From: Octopus bimaculoides | Taxonomy: Eukaryota | Reading direction: 5' to 3' | DNA length: 64,000 bases | Assembly: GCF_001194135.2 (NCBI RefSeq) | Contig: NC_068999.1 | Span: forward strand, 13,645,766 to 13,709,765 | Notes under the pieces: generated by a model | Told to the model about the DNA's origin: nothing | What the model saw: only the letters and a program-made list of their open reading frames with translations | Databases searched by the model: none | Program-made: the position numbers and the translations under genes | In this document: piece after piece, positions 39,204 to 54,365 of the stretch | Layout of the letters: every line of letters starts with the position of its first letter | Numbering within the stretch: position 1 is the stretch's first letter

Positions 39204-40969
39204 TATATTATGTGTTCCGTGCTTAAATGCATATCAACATTTTATAAGTAGATAGGTAGGATGTGTGTGTGTATATATATATACACCTACGTCTATACTT
39301 TTTTAAATTTGCATACATCCTCTTATACACAATTAACATATAATATGGTTGTGCCATTTTGCGTGTTCAAATATTGCAAATTTTAGAATAATATTCTTTA
39401 TGTTATTTGTTAAAAGTTTTAATGTTAGTTTTATTCTAAGAAGATTTCAGACACCCTTATCTACCGCTGATTCAGATTAAATTTTTCATTCAATTATGAA
39501 GCACTACCCTGTGAAGATGATATATCAATTTTAGTCAAGAGTTAAAACGCCTAATAGGATAGGATTGTGTTACAACAAAAATTGATTAACCAACGTAAAA
39601 CTGTGTGTGTAAAATATTCCGTACGCAGATCAATAAAAAATATCTGGAGAAGACAGAAATTCAATGGGCTATTAAATAAACACATATATAATTGAAAACC
39701 GTTGAATATATAAGGTGTGCATCATTATAGGTTAAGAAAGTAACCATTAAAAAAACTGTAATTTTTGAAATATTCTCCAAGTAATAGTTAAGCCTAATGT
39801 AAAATGAATAAGAAAACTAGCAAGCCCTCAGTTTGAAGGCTACAACATCGTAATGAAGTGTCGCATGCAAATAATATATCACCTCTGCAAGTCACCGAGG
39901 GATGAAATCATGAAATCAAAATATATACACAAATTACCCTATTGTTTCTCTTCAGCGTGAACTGTAATGGAATCATAATTCTCAGAATCCTATACAAGTT
40001 GTCCACCGCCAGAGGGGAACGTGTATATGGGTCTGCTAATTACAACTTAGTGGCAAAAATCAAAAGTCTTCGTTTTGGCGCGCTAATTCCGGGAATATGT
40101 CTGCAGAAAATAGTTACTGCGTCGCGATTTTTTACCATATGTTTTAACTTGATTAACCATAAGCAAGTTCTCAAAGTGGATATACGCTCACTGCAATAGA
40201 GTTTCTTCAAATAAAACAACCCCGTTTAAGACGGGATACATATTACCTCTTAGTTGTACTACCTCCGCCTCTGATGCTAAAATTAAGGAATGGAGTAAAT
40301 GCGATCCAGGCTACATATGCTTCAGAACTATGGGAACAACGTATGTAGTAAATTATCCAATCGAGATGTAAACCACAAGGTAATCTTAAGGTCAAACTAC
40401 CTTGATTATAAGAACAACACCTGTTGCCGACTGTGAAAGATAAATGTAATATTTTCCAGCTCCACGTACGCTGATACGTGAACCATTCGTGATATTCTGC
40501 GTCAATAAATTTGTATTGTACCTGAAATTTGTTCTTTGAATCTTCTACAAATTGCTTAAAGCTCACTGACTCCCTACACCTATATATATATATATATATA
40601 TANNNNNNNNNNNNNNNNNNNNNNNNNNNNNNNNNNNNNNNNNNNNNNNNNNNNNNNNNNNNNNNNNNNNNNNNNNNNNNNNNNNNNNNNNNNNNNNNNN
40701 NNNNNNNNNNNNNNNNNNNNNNNNNNNNNNNNNNNNNNNNNNNNNNNNNNNNNNNNNNNNNNNNNNNNNNNNNNNNNNNNNNNNNNNNNNNNNNNNNNNN
40801 NNNNNNNNNNNNNNNNNNNNNNNNNNNNNNNNNNNNNNNNNNNNNNNNNNNNNNNNNNNNNNNNNNNNNNNNNNNNNNNNNNNNNNNNNNNNNNNNNNNN
40901 NNNNNNNNNNNNNNNNNNNNNNNNNNNNNNNNNNNNNNNNNNNATAGATAGATAGATAGAACACTGTGT

Positions 40970-40971
<2 letters not shown>

Positions 40972-41013
<42 letters not shown>

Positions 41014-41036
41014 AAGAGAGAGAGAAAGAGAGAGAA
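40972..41036. repeat. (GA)n microsatellite
   Basis: Direct reading. Confidence 0.95.
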
Positions 41037-42164
41037 ACCTGAATTATCGTATGTGCGTTTCTTTTTAGTTTATCAATAGTATTCACCTACTATTTTATAA
41101 AATATTTTGTTTCCATTTTCACTGCGTAAATTTCTTTGTAACTTCCTTTTAGAACAGGTGACTTCGCTGCAAGCTAATCTGGCAATTAGAATCTTTGCAT
41201 CTAGACGGCAGCTAGACAGGAGATTCTGTTTCTTTTAACAGAATGGACTTTGAAAGTAAGACACAAATTAAAACAATAGTGAAGTATCATGACAATATCC
41301 ATTCAAAAACAATATCCAAAGGAAACAATCAGCACTATAAAAGAATAGAAGTAATCCTCATTCTTTTAGTATTCGAAGCAAATTGAGTAAACCGTAAATA
41401 ATATTCATCAACAACGGAATGAATCGCAATTTGTTGAAGAAATTTACAACAATGCACATACATGTGTGTGTCTCTATGTGTGTATGTGCGTGCGTCTGCC
41501 TATGTTTCTGTATGTGTGTCAGTGTGGGTGTTTGTGTATGTGCGTCTGTGTTTAAGTAGGTATGTATTTAGCTAAAGATTGAGAAAAATATCGATAGGCA
41601 GACTGATTGATACAGAGATGCATAGATTAATTCCAAAATGCTAAAAAATAAATTTGCAACGTAACAAATGTTCAGTAGAATGAGTTGAAAAACATTAGAA
41701 GCATCATCTTTCAATGAAAATATAGACAGCAAAGAAGAAATATAAGTAAATGATAATGCAAAAGAAGGAGCTAACAACTTGATCGATGGCGACGACAGAC
41801 ACACCGAAAACAATGATAGCAGTACAACAATAATACAAGGAATTTGTTTATTAAGCACAAGGACTTTCAATTTTTAACAACTGTTATAGCATAATGTCAA
41901 AGCATACAAAACATTGTGAGTGTTTATATAGTTTCGATAACAAACAAAATACAAGCACAATATAATAGCTAAATCCCATGAACAAAATTCTCCAATAAAA
42001 AGTGTGCAGCTCAGCTCCAACAAGATAGATGAAACAATCTACAACTTGACAGGATTCAAACTAAGTGCAAATCCGCTACTTTATTTTCCTTTTCGCCCGG
42101 CTTATAGAAGCATGTTGAAGTGAAGCAATTCATTCTCCCTGCAAGGTGACAACCTGGTTGAAAC

Positions 42165-42360
42165 TTTGGGACTCCGGGCGAAATGCTTAGCGATATTTCG
42201 TCTGTCTTTATGTTCTGAGTTCAGATTCCGGTAAGGTCGACTTTGCCTTCCATCCTTTTGGAGTCGATAAATTCAGTACCGGTTGCGTTCTGGAGTCGAT
42301 CATATCAACTGGACCCCTCCCCCAAAATGATGGGCCTTGTGTCTAGAATTGAAAAGAATG
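42165..42360 (+). mobile_element. tRNA-derived SINE (gtcgactttgcc core)
   Basis: ccgggcgaaatgcttagcgatatttcgtctgtc...gagttcagattcc...gtcgactttgccttccatccttttggagtcgataaattcagtacc. Confidence 0.88.
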
Positions 42361-45300
42361 TATTCTCACCCTTCCTTACAAGAATTTAAGATTTCAATGG
42401 CTGGTGGTGGCATTCATTCCCTATGTCCATCTTCAACACTGGAATCTCGAATATTTTCATTAACAAAATAGTTTGCCTTCAGGCTCTTCAGTCTTTTCTA
42501 ATAAAGACATTTTCTGCATATTAACACCACTGATTAAGTGCAACAACGAGTGGCTGCTGCTCTGTTAAAATTGTCCAACTACGAGAATTAAGTATGGTAT
42601 TATACATGCAGCTTCAAAATAAGGTGATTAAAGTCAAAATAAGCAACAAGGACGTCCAAAGTTAATGCAGTACGATCGTTCCATGCGACTCCATTTGATT
42701 AAGCAATGTGAATATTACATCTAATATAAAATGCAGAGCTTTCCTCAGCTGCACAAAGATATAGACATTTAATGAAATTACATTTAAACAGGACATATTT
42801 TTATAACTACATCTAAAACTCTACAAGTAGAAAGGAAGAATACAAAACAGTTCAACTTAGCCAGACTATACAGGATGTAATGTTCATATTGCTTCATTAA
42901 ATGGAGTCGCCTCAAACGATCGCATTGCATTAACTTTGGATATCATTGTGGCTTATTTTTACTTGTATATATTTCGAGCCTGTTCGTAATTTCGCATTCG
43001 TTGAATGAGCATTGGTCGCATGTGCTGAACTTATTCCCCAAAATAAGAGATCCCGCTTCAAGTTTCTATATCATCAGAAGCAAAAAGACCCTTCAATTAC
43101 TCATATGTTGAATTTATTTTAATGATTAACGAAAACACATATAGTTGTATATTATAGTAAATGACAGAAATTCATGTTTCCGTTGCAACTTACCGCAATG
43201 TCTATGAACCGATGTCAATGAAACAGAATAAATCATCAACGACATTATTTACAATGGATTGATCTTTGTACTCTCAAAGAATGTAATCCGATTGCTAATT
43301 TTCATTGAAGATAATTTTAATTTTACTGAAATCAAAATTAATTGAAACTTGAACCCATTGCGAATTAATGCCCACGTTACAAATAACCATTTCGTTTTGG
43401 ATTTCTTATCCTGTACGTAGGATAATTACCATACTAGAAATTGAAACATCAGGATGCATATTATTCTGGGTTGGCTTTTTAGACTTGCGTTCCCATCGAT
43501 GTTGCTTCATATTTTGATTCATCCGAGTGTAATGTTTTATACAAGTAACGGAAACTCACTTGGGGTTTGCTTGAAGTTGATTTTGACTGCTTTCCTTTTA
43601 ATTAATACATTCACTATCATTCATCATATCCTTTCACTTGTCATGTAAACGTCTTTAAACTACAACTATTTCATCTTCGTGATTTGCCATATTCTTCTCT
43701 TTATCCAGCTTCATCAGCATTCAAATCAGTTCCTATTATTCCTAATTCTCTAACATGCTATTCCAACAGCTAATCTTTCGTTGATATTCATCTACTTTGA
43801 CATATTTTTCCCATCAAAATTATTTGCTATTTCCGTCGCAAAGGGACTCTAAAATTTGTTTGAATTCAAGCGACTCATCAACAGGTTCTCCGTGTAGTAA
43901 ATATGTCTTCGAAATAGTTTTTTAAATCTTCACCAGATTTAAAATCGAACAGCATGACAGGTTTCTGCTTATACCATGCATCTTAAAAGTTAATTGTTCC
44001 ACATTCTCCGCCACATCTAAAAGCACAACACAAATTATCCAACAAATTAAACACTTTAACGTCAGCGAAAACTTTACAGTAATCTTCGTTCAAAGTATAC
44101 TTGTCACCCACTCAGTAGAATATTACATGTAATTTGGGGATTGATGGCAGATCGATAACTCATTTACAGCGAAGTGGTAAATGATAATATCTCATTAGAA
44201 GAGTTCGGATTAGATTATATCCTGCTTAAGATATCGGTTATTCGGTATGTTATTGCACATAAAGGCGTTGACTGCTCTAGCTCCTGGCGCAAATATTTTG
44301 GAACCTGTCTATGGAAATTCGGGTTGCATCTTGAAACTTAGCATCACTAATATTAATTTTTTATAATTATTAGAAATATTTTATCTCCAGCAATGCGTTT
44401 CTCCTATTAAGGAGGTACATTTCACATTCTAATATGATGACATCCAGTTTATCCAGTGAAAAATCCTGGCAGTGAAATCGGAATAAATTTCTATGTCCAT
44501 GTCCATTTAATCTCCCAAATGGAATATATTTTTGTTTCGTTTAATTTGTTTTTTAGTGAACGAGTCACATCAAATGCGAGATCGAATCATTAGATGCCAT
44601 GGAATAACTATAGTCCAGTACATGTTTTAGATGACGCTTCGTAAGTTTTCACAAATCCATACGCATGGGGATGGATGTGTACATATTCGAGCTATGCATA
44701 CACGTATATGTAATAAATATGCGTAAATTGCAAATAAATGAAATTGAGTAGTTAAAAGATTCTGTCTCTATGAATGTTGATGCTCTTTTAGCAATGCGAT
44801 GTAAAGAAATGATATTGAAGCGAATTACTCACAGAGGAGTTATTTATATCAAATACATGTAACGCTATTTCAGTTCAGAAAGTAAATTTCTGAAAGCAAT
44901 ATAATAGAAACATAAACGAGTACTATAAAACGGCAGTAAATCTAGCGAACATGCTGACAATGTGAATAATTTTAATGCCCGTGCCTCATAATGCATATTA
45001 TGTATATAGATAGGTCATCCATTCACACGAAGACAACAGATACACATTAGTTGTTTAGGAATGATTTAAGGAATCGTGCACTGAAATAGCGCAATAGGAA
45101 TAAATAACGTACGTATATGGAAATGAAAAAATATATATGTGTGTGTGTGTGTGTGAGTGTGTGTGTGTGCGTGTGTATGCGTGGATGTGAAAGCTTTATT
45201 ATATGTATGATAACTATATATATANNNNNNNNNNNNNNNNNNNNNNNNNNNNNNNNNNNNNNNNNNNNNNNNNNNNNNNNNNNNNNNNNNNNNNNNNNNN

Positions 45301-45729
45301 NNNNNNNNNNNNNNNNNNNNNNNNNNNNNNNNNNNNNNNNNNNNNNNNNNNNNNNNNNNNNNNNNNNNNNNNNNNNNNNNNNNNNNNNNNNNNNNNNNNN
45401 NNNNNNNNNNNNNNNNNNNNNNNNNNNNNNNNNNNNNNNNNNNNNNNNNNNNNNNNNNNNNNNNNNNNNNNNNNNNNNNNNNNNNNNNNNNNNNNNNNNN
45501 NNNNNNNNNNNNNNNATATTAGAAATAGAAACTAAGAAAAGCAAAACGTGGTATAACTTTGGATCATTTAATTTATATCTCAAATACAAGGCAGAGTAGT
45601 TATAGTAAATCTCTTACAGACATTTTTCGAGTAGGTAATCATGTTGGGCCTGTGGAATTGAGTAAACATTTCCCAGTAAGCTAGGAATTCTATCTGGGAG
45701 AGATATAGATAGATATAAATAAAGTGTGT

Positions 45730-45775
<46 letters not shown>

Positions 45776-46095
45776 GAGAGATAAATAAAGAATTACATTC
45801 GTAAATGGTACTAATATTTACCAATTCGTCAAAGAAATAAGGAGTGTCCAAACTTAAAATATGATAGATAATGGTAGTACTATGATTAAAGGAACCCTAA
45901 TTAAAAGACGATAGAAGTTACAACTCCGATCCTTGAAGAGAATGTGAGGTATATATGAGTGGAAGGCCTTCAAATCTGTACGTCAGTGTTAAGGAAACAT
46001 AGAGTAGGAAATACACGTGCGTAAATAGAGAATAGCAAGTACATTAGGGCCTACAAAGCGTAGGATTTGAAAAGACATATGTATACACGCATTTA

Positions 46096-46152
<57 letters not shown>

Positions 46153-46409
46153 CTGTGTGGGTGCGTATGTGTGTGTGTGAGTGAGTGTGTGTGTGTGTGT
46201 ATACACACACATATTTATCGTCATCTTTGATAGGGAGCCTAGCCTCAACACATACACTTTTCCGTTGTACCTGAAGCCACGTTTCTTATTTGTACATACC
46301 TATTACATTACGTCATTATGTATCTTAATGTATTCATACATGTGTGTATGCTTGTATGCGTGTGCTTGTGCGTTTGTGCGTGTGTGTGTTTGTGTATGTG
46401 TTTGTGTAT

Positions 46410-46458
<49 letters not shown>

Positions 46459-48426
46459 TTTGTGTGTGTGTGCGTTTGTATGCTCCTCTAAAAATAAAAC
46501 AGACGTGGTGTCGTGAACTGCTGTTTGAGAGAATCTAACGGTCAAAGCTAGATACAATATAAAATTATGCAGCAAAATTATATAAACATTTCGACATCCG
46601 TCGATATGACGCAGTCAAAATAGAAAAAAAAAATTAAATTGGCCGTCCATTTAAAATGCCATCTTTAATATAAAATACATTCAGTTTAATTACAATATCG
46701 TTGAAAGAATTAGAATGTTATTAACTTTATAACTATTTTCATTTTCAGACAAATATTAGATGTTTTATTTGTTACTTTTTGAAAGAGTAAATTTTTGAAT
46801 CTTATATTGTCTTTCCCAGCGTAGTCTTAATAAACGTTTTAATACTTTATAACTAAAAAATATTTATTTGTAAAATGTTTTATATCATATTCAGCAAATT
46901 TAGTTTATACACTGCATTATTATATTTATTTATTGGGATTTACTCGAAACGTCTTTCGAAGTTAAGGTTACATTACTGATAAGTAGATCCTCTCATATGG
47001 CGCTGTACATATTAGTCGCTTTGTTGGGTGAGCAATTTTTCTGATAGTTAGATAAAATTATTTGTGTGGAAACACGAGTTGCATCACATTAGACTATACT
47101 CTTTACGTTTATTTCTCGATATAATAAAAATCACGATACGTTGGAAATTGAAATACTTTTAGAGTGAATACGAAATCGGTGTTAGAAGAGATATCCATGG
47201 AAACGTTTATAACAGTCTATTCACCAAGCTTGCTTACAGATAATAAATTGTCAATGACTTTTCCTATCCGCATTTGAATCACGCGCGGTGACTATTTGTA
47301 GAGTGAAACGTTAGAATAAGTATTCCTAATAGCATATGAGAACGTAGATCTCAGATCTGTCATATATAGTGAATTCAAAATGTATTGTGAGTAAACGGTA
47401 CATGATTCTCTCAACGCTTTTCAGTGCAGTCCTGCATCTTCTTCATAATTAAGACGTTTAGTTAATCAATCTCGTCTATTCCTCTTTTTGGAATTCCTCC
47501 CGAAGGCTTCTGATTTATATTAATAGTTTATAAAGAATTACTCTTTTAAATTCACACTTAGGAACCTCGAAGTCCAGATGGTGTTCACAATGTGTTAGCA
47601 TGGACATTATTTGGAATAATGAAGTTTAGTGAACTACAATGAGTAATTCATTGAGGTAACACATTTGCAACGTTCGTACTTGTATTTATATGCCACACAT
47701 GGCATTGTCTCCAAATGGAGGAAGTTCTCATGCAGACATCTGTTAATGAAATCTTTGAGTTTTACAGAATAACGAGAATGTTGTCGATGCTAATAACCTC
47801 CAAAAATTTGAGATTCAAATATTTGCAAAGAAGCAAGCATACGTAGACGTTTTAACACACCTGTATATGTAGTCAATGCCTTCGAACATTTCACTCTACG
47901 TTCACCTTTTGTAATTTAAAGGAATGACAGTTGATACTCCATGTCAGCAATGTCGAACTATTTGTGCAGAAGTGTCACATATAAAACAGGTTACACAGTT
48001 TTCGAGGTAAGGTTAAGCTGGTAGGGCCACTTCGATGACTTTTTTGCAAAACAATAGAATCCTCTATGAAAGTGACGGTCTAGTTGTTAATCAAACATTT
48101 TGTATTCATATTTAATGGGCGTGCATGTGCGTTACATTATACAAAATTCCGTCATTAATCCATGAATTTGACACTTGTAGTTAATTGTCATATCATAATT
48201 GTGTTCGTAATAAACGTTTGTACATACCTTCTAATGATGATGGCCAAATAAATATTGTAATGGTCAATAGCATTTTAATTGAATGGTGAACGGGATTTTA
48301 GATTTAAACATATGAAATTTAAAAACAAAAAAAACAACAAATCAGAGGAAACTAACGAATCTGAATGCCTTGTATATATATCATATGCCTATGTGTATAT
48401 ATATGTTATGTATATAGGTATACATA

Positions 48427-48483
<57 letters not shown>

Positions 48484-49576
48484 GTATACATGTAATAGTA
48501 TCACGTAGAACAATATAGGCAAAGCAACGTTCAATACTTTCTGTTTTGAATTTCGATACAATATATTACTTTGTGAAACGAATTACTTTTACGATTATGT
48601 ATTGGTATTGCAAGGCTCCTAAAGTTAAATTGTGTATTGAAACATAAGAACAATAATAAATCTCAAGTGAAAAAGGAATATAGAGTACGTGTTTATTTGA
48701 CAAAAAGAAATTACTATCCGGTCATAATGCTTATTACAGTGTCACGATTAAATTTATAAATGAAAGGCTTATAATAAAATGGGTACAAAAAGGTTTTCAA
48801 CGGGCTATTCCTATTATAGTATTTTAGCACAATACGTAGACACCACATGTGTGTACAAATCATTCAGTTTGTAGGTTTCCATACCGACTTTCAAATTCTA
48901 TGTATGTAATACTGTCGTATAGTACCTATCGTAAAACTTCCACAGTTGCAATTTGTTGTAAAGGAAGAATTGAAAATAAAATGCAACTAAACTGGACATC
49001 ATCAAACTAAGGTGATTATCGATAATTTCTTTGATGGCAATTGTACAAAAACCGCAGTATTTATTTGCATTACAAATAAGTCACATTTTTATCAATTTGA
49101 AATAGGAATTACTTCGTGCGTTGAAGTTCGCGACTTTCAACATATAAAGGAAGATATATTTATTTATATATACACTCTCAAATTAGTAAATGAAAATTAA
49201 AAGGATAAAAATATATAACGTATACAGAGTATAAATTTGCAAGCCTGTAAAATATAATTTGCAAAATTATCGTCTAAGATTTATCTGGAAATAATTATAT
49301 ACAGACATGTCAAACATAATCAAGTTCAAAAGAACCAATATAGAATTATTTAGAATGTCACTAAGTAAAAATAAGGTTTATATATGTGTTTGTGTGTATA
49401 TGCGTGTGTGTGTGAGTGTTTGTGTGTTTGAGAGTCAGAGTTTGTACATACACATACATACATACATATATAAACATATATATATATATATATATATANN
49501 NNNNNNNNNNNNNNNNNNNNNNNNNNNNNNNNNNNNNNNNNNNNNNNNNNNNNNNNNNNNNNNNNNNNATGTGTGT

Positions 49577-49619
<43 letters not shown>

Positions 49620-50314
49620 TGTGTGTGTATGTGAGTATACGCATGCTTGCTTGTATGTATTTGTGTGTCAGTATATTGTGTACATAATGAAGGAAACCAC
49701 ACATTGCTACGTAATGTTTTCTACATTTTCTGCATTAGCAACGATAATTTCGTTGCTCTTAGTAATAAAAGCCTAACCCAATTTGTAAAACAAAATACCT
49801 GAGTTAAAATTAGACATCATTTCCGTGTTATACCAATCGCTGTAAATATTCAATGGTGACCAAGATATATAAAGCTTGATGTGTTAAAACATTATCTGAG
49901 CGGACAGGAGAGTATTTTCGTTCTTCTTAAAAGGAAAACAACATAATATAAAAATAAAAACTATTTCTGAAGAAAAAAAAATTCCTTCCATTACTGCAAA
50001 GGTTGAATTTTTCCAAAAGCTACATATATATATACACCTATAAACAGATAAGACAATGTACATACACATATAGATTATATATACGCTCAGATACGCATGT
50101 ACACACGCACAAACAGAAACAAAGACACAAGCATATACATATGTATGCAAACACATACGCTCGCGCGATCACATACACACACGCACATATACATAGAGCT
50201 TCATGAAAATGATGATTACGATAAAGACGTAATTAATAATAAAATTATTATTTCATTTCTAGGTACAATATATAATATGGGAGTCTTTCGTTGGTGGCGG
50301 AGGGGTGCTAGTGA

Positions 50315-50430
50315 CTTATATCGATCGATTGCTTAACAGGTACTTGTTTGATCGACCTAGAAAGGGTGAAAGGCAAAGTTGATTTCGCCAGCCTTTCGTC
50401 TCATAGCGTAAAGATGGGCAACATGCCGCC
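50315..50430 (-). mobile_element. Degenerate SINE core (same family)
   Basis: ggtacttgtttgatcgacctagaaagggtgaaaggcaaagttgatt is the reverse complement of the core. Confidence 0.7.
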
Positions 50431-51235
50431 GATGATTATTTATCTCGCCTACGTATGGTTCCCTTCTGATCCCAGCCCTGCATTAATTCCTGCCCTCTTA
50501 TTATTATGAGGTCAAATCCTGGAAATTCCAATTTTAGTGAATATGTTTGGTTTTGTGTGTGGGTGCGTGTGTGTGTGTGTTTGTGTTTGTGTGTGTGTGT
50601 GTGTGTGCATGCGTGTGTGTGTTTGTGTGTGGGTGTGTGCGTGTATGTGTGCGTGTGTGTGTGTGTGTGTGTTGCGGTTAGTTGTGTACATCGACTTGAA
50701 TATTCGTCTGGCTCGGCAGCATTTCTGTTTATAAATTGACATGCGCATATGTTGAGATCATAAAATCTCACAAAAGAATTTGATAACCGTAGAGTATATA
50801 TAGATTTGCTGATTGAAATAGAAAAAAAAAATGTGGTGTCTCAAAACGGTTGCAATACCAATAACTGTAGGAGCACTTGTAATGATCAAAACCAGGAACT
50901 GAAACGTATTTCAAGACGACCCCTGGCTTACCATACATGTAAGAAGTGCACAAGATTAACTGCTAAGTCACACGTATTGAGAAGAGCATTATCATTCAGC
51001 GCTTTCTTTTCTTTTACTCCTTAGGTAATCTCTGTTCTTATTCATTTCTTTTTCTTCTTGCCTTCTTCTTCGTTTCTTTCTTTCACTTTTGTCTACTACA
51101 GGGCTTCATAAATAAAGAATCTCGTAGGTTTATTTTAATGACATACCAAAGCATAAAGTCAGTTTCTGTTGTCCTTTGTATCGGGAAACCACTCGGCAAG
51201 AAATAGAAGCAAAAATTAAAGACAACAAAAATAAT

Positions 51236-51274
51236 AGTAATGGTGATGGTGATGATGGTGATGATGATGAGGAG

Positions 51275-51306
<32 letters not shown>

Positions 51307-51363
51307 GGAGATAAGGAGAAGCTGAAGAAGAAGAAGAAGAAGAAGAAGAAGAAGAAAGAGAAA

Positions 51364-51397
<34 letters not shown>

Positions 51398-51498
51398 AGA
51401 AGAAGAAGAAGAAGAAGAAGAAGAAGAAGAAGACGAAGAAGAAGAAGAAGAAGAAGAAGAAGAAGAAGAAGAAGAAGAAGAAGAAGAAGAAGAAGAAA
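51236..51498. repeat. Compound (GAT/GGT)(GAG)(GAA)n purine-rich microsatellite
   Basis: Direct reading; source of the poly-S and poly-L ORFs. Confidence 0.97.
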
Positions 51499-53896
51499 CA
51501 AAGAGGATAGCATGAACAATAGACATAGGAAGTAACCTAAGGAATGACGAAGTTGATTATGGGGAGGCGGAGGAAGATTTTATGATGATGTTGATGAAGA
51601 TGGTTTTAAATGATTCTTGTGTGTAGGATAGTTATGATGTTCGAAAATGTTATCACACGATCGGTGTTTTCCGGTGGAGAGGTTTTGCCCATTTCATTTA
51701 CACATTGCCCCACTCGTAATTTCTTCATGGTCACTGAAAGGATGAACTGTATAGAGCTCCTTTGTGCCATTTGATCTCAGAATGTCGTTTATAATATTGT
51801 CCGAATTTCTCACTTTATTGTCATAGGGTCACCTTGTATACATATACATATATTCTTATAGTATTTTTAACTTTATTATCTCTATGTTGTTGAATTGTCT
51901 CAATAACATTCATAAAGCTTATCTAGAAATTGTTTATACAATCTAGTGTGATATGAGAATAGATATTTAATTATTGATTTATATAATTACGTACGGAGCA
52001 TAATAGGCATAAAATATAGAAATGAGCACGTAAGAAATTTAAAAGTCTGCAAAGTAATATGGAAATGAATCATGCGTCTTTTGATAGTCATTACTTCAAC
52101 ACAAGAATTCACGTCAACATTCGTGCAAGCCACATACGAACACGAAGTGAAATACAAAACAAAGAAATTATACGTATAAACTATAAAAGAGCGCTTTACA
52201 GGCTGCAGGTATGTATTTTCTACTGGCAAGTTCAGCTTGGAGGGCCACACTTTTCTACTCACACTCTATGCGCTTAATAGACACAATTTCATTTAAAACA
52301 ATAAGAATTCATCCGTTTGGGTTGAATGATGTATTAAATAAATTTTTACTTCCCGACACTACCTTTTAATTCTGTTCTTTTCTTAATCATAACCTTTAGA
52401 TATTTATGATAATTACGCCTCCCATTTACCTAGAGGATTAAATCTCATAGTACCCACCGCACGTCAGATACATAATTCTACCTATGAAATTATACCTTAA
52501 ATTTCGATTAATGATACATTCTCTTTCGTCATTTCTTCAGCATCGTCGTCACCCTTACTCTCAAGATTATGCACGTTTTGAAACATTTATTGTATTAATA
52601 TTATTAGATTTTTCTTCTCAAGCCTTCTCTATCCTTTTTTTTTTTTTGCCTTTCTCATTGACAGTTTACACACATTTTATCCGTTTGGCATCTTACTAGA
52701 AAAGACACATTTTCTTCTAACTATAACTGACGCACTCGGCAGTTTTAACGCCCCAGCATTTCTTTCGAAAACATTTGTTCATATAGTCGTGACCTTTTAG
52801 ACTTCTCGTGTTTTGAAGCCATCTATATTTAATCCGACACCTTCAGTTATTTTTGCTTGGAATTTTCATGTGGTTTACGATACTTACCAGTATTATACTT
52901 TTCTTAGTTGTGTAGCTCATTAGGTCATTCACTGCAAGTCTCAATTATACAATTGTCTCTTTTCCAAATTGAGAGAAATCTTGGATGGCCTTTCATACGT
53001 ACAGATTACGAAAATTTAAATGATTATCCAAATTCGAAAGAGATAACATTATTCCCGTATCGTTCTCTGCCAAATGAAACTCATGAAATCTGTAAAGGTT
53101 CATAGATTAACACTACATAAAAAAATTATTCGTTACACATTTTTTTCTAATTTAACAATTCCTATAGTTCGCTTTGTTTTCATTTTTAGATACCATACGC
53201 ACAGAGCACTAATATTTATCACTTTTATTGAGGGAGCATACATCCATACACTAACACACTTGTCAACCTTAGGTGATACGAAGGAGTATGCAGTGTTGCC
53301 AGCACCCATATGCAGGTATTTATTTTTGGTCTTCACCCATTTATATAACTGAGATATCAAAACTGTGTTTTAGCCACTGAACTCCGCCATATCGAACTCA
53401 ATTAAGTGAAACAACTTCTCTGCGAGTTTTAAGTCGTAATAGTTTACGTTTCAAAAATAAGTCTGATAAGACATTCCCAACTTGATAACAACTTCACACG
53501 ACACAGTTTTGTCTGTATCGTGCCATTATCAATAATGAAGTTACTATCCGCTTTTCCCTCCGTTCTTATTTCATTAAGTTAATAGTTTTCTTTCTGTGAC
53601 TTCTGACAGAAACATTTTTTTTTTCTTTCCATCTGTCGGAAGTATTTCTCGTTTTCTAAATATTCCAGGCATATTGTTCATTTTGTAGATGCCGTTATAT
53701 AGTCCGAAGAGAAAAATAAAAAGATATTAAGAGTACCAACTTGCAGGTTATTTCCTTTGAAATTAGATTTCAAACATACCATGATATAAAAGTAAATCCA
53801 AGAAAAATCATCTAATTTAGTGGGGTTAAATGATGAGAAATGCCTCTTAGTGACCAAGTACTAAGGTCACTAACATTGCGCGAATGTTCGGTAAAA

Positions 53897-53903
53897 CCAA
53901 CAA

Positions 53904-53953
<50 letters not shown>

Positions 53954-54103
53954 GCTACTACTACTACTACTGATGATGATGTTGCTGATGCTGCTTCTAT
54001 TACTACTACTACTACTACTACTAATACTACTACTACTTCTACTGGAGAAATCATCATCAGCATCGTCATTAATATGATATAGTGTTGATGATAATGAAGT
54101 TGT

Positions 54104-54153
<50 letters not shown>

Positions 54154-54365
54154 CTACTGATGATGATGATGATGATGATGATGACGATGCTGATGACGAT
54201 GATGATGACGATGATGATAACGATGATGATGATCATGTTGATGATGATGATGATGATGATGATCATCATCATCATCATCATGAAAATGACGATGATGATG
54301 ATGATCATGTCGATGATGATCATAATGATGATCATGAACTTGAAGATCATGACGATCATGATGTG
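53897..54365. repeat. Compound (ACT)n and (GAT)n microsatellite with an inverted (ATC)n segment
   Basis: Direct reading; source of the poly-M/I/T ORFs. Confidence 0.97.

Noticed and set aside
41570-42090. Possible PLE N-terminal region (TIYNLTGFKLS)
   Set aside because: Only one loosely matching motif.
43400-44100. Possible Gypsy gag knuckle or protease on the minus strand (CAFRCGGE)
   Set aside because: The CCHC spacing is incomplete and there are no LTRs or other motifs.
818-49776. Long ORFs spanning N runs, or made of YI/CV/HT/poly-I/L/S/M/T runs (also the repeat ORFs at 51-60 kb)
   Set aside because: They are artefacts of assembly gaps and microsatellite translation; there is no coding evidence.
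53133-53360. KNKYLHMGAGNTAYSF resembling a CR1-type RT C-terminal motif
   Set aside because: A single weak motif, insufficient for a call.
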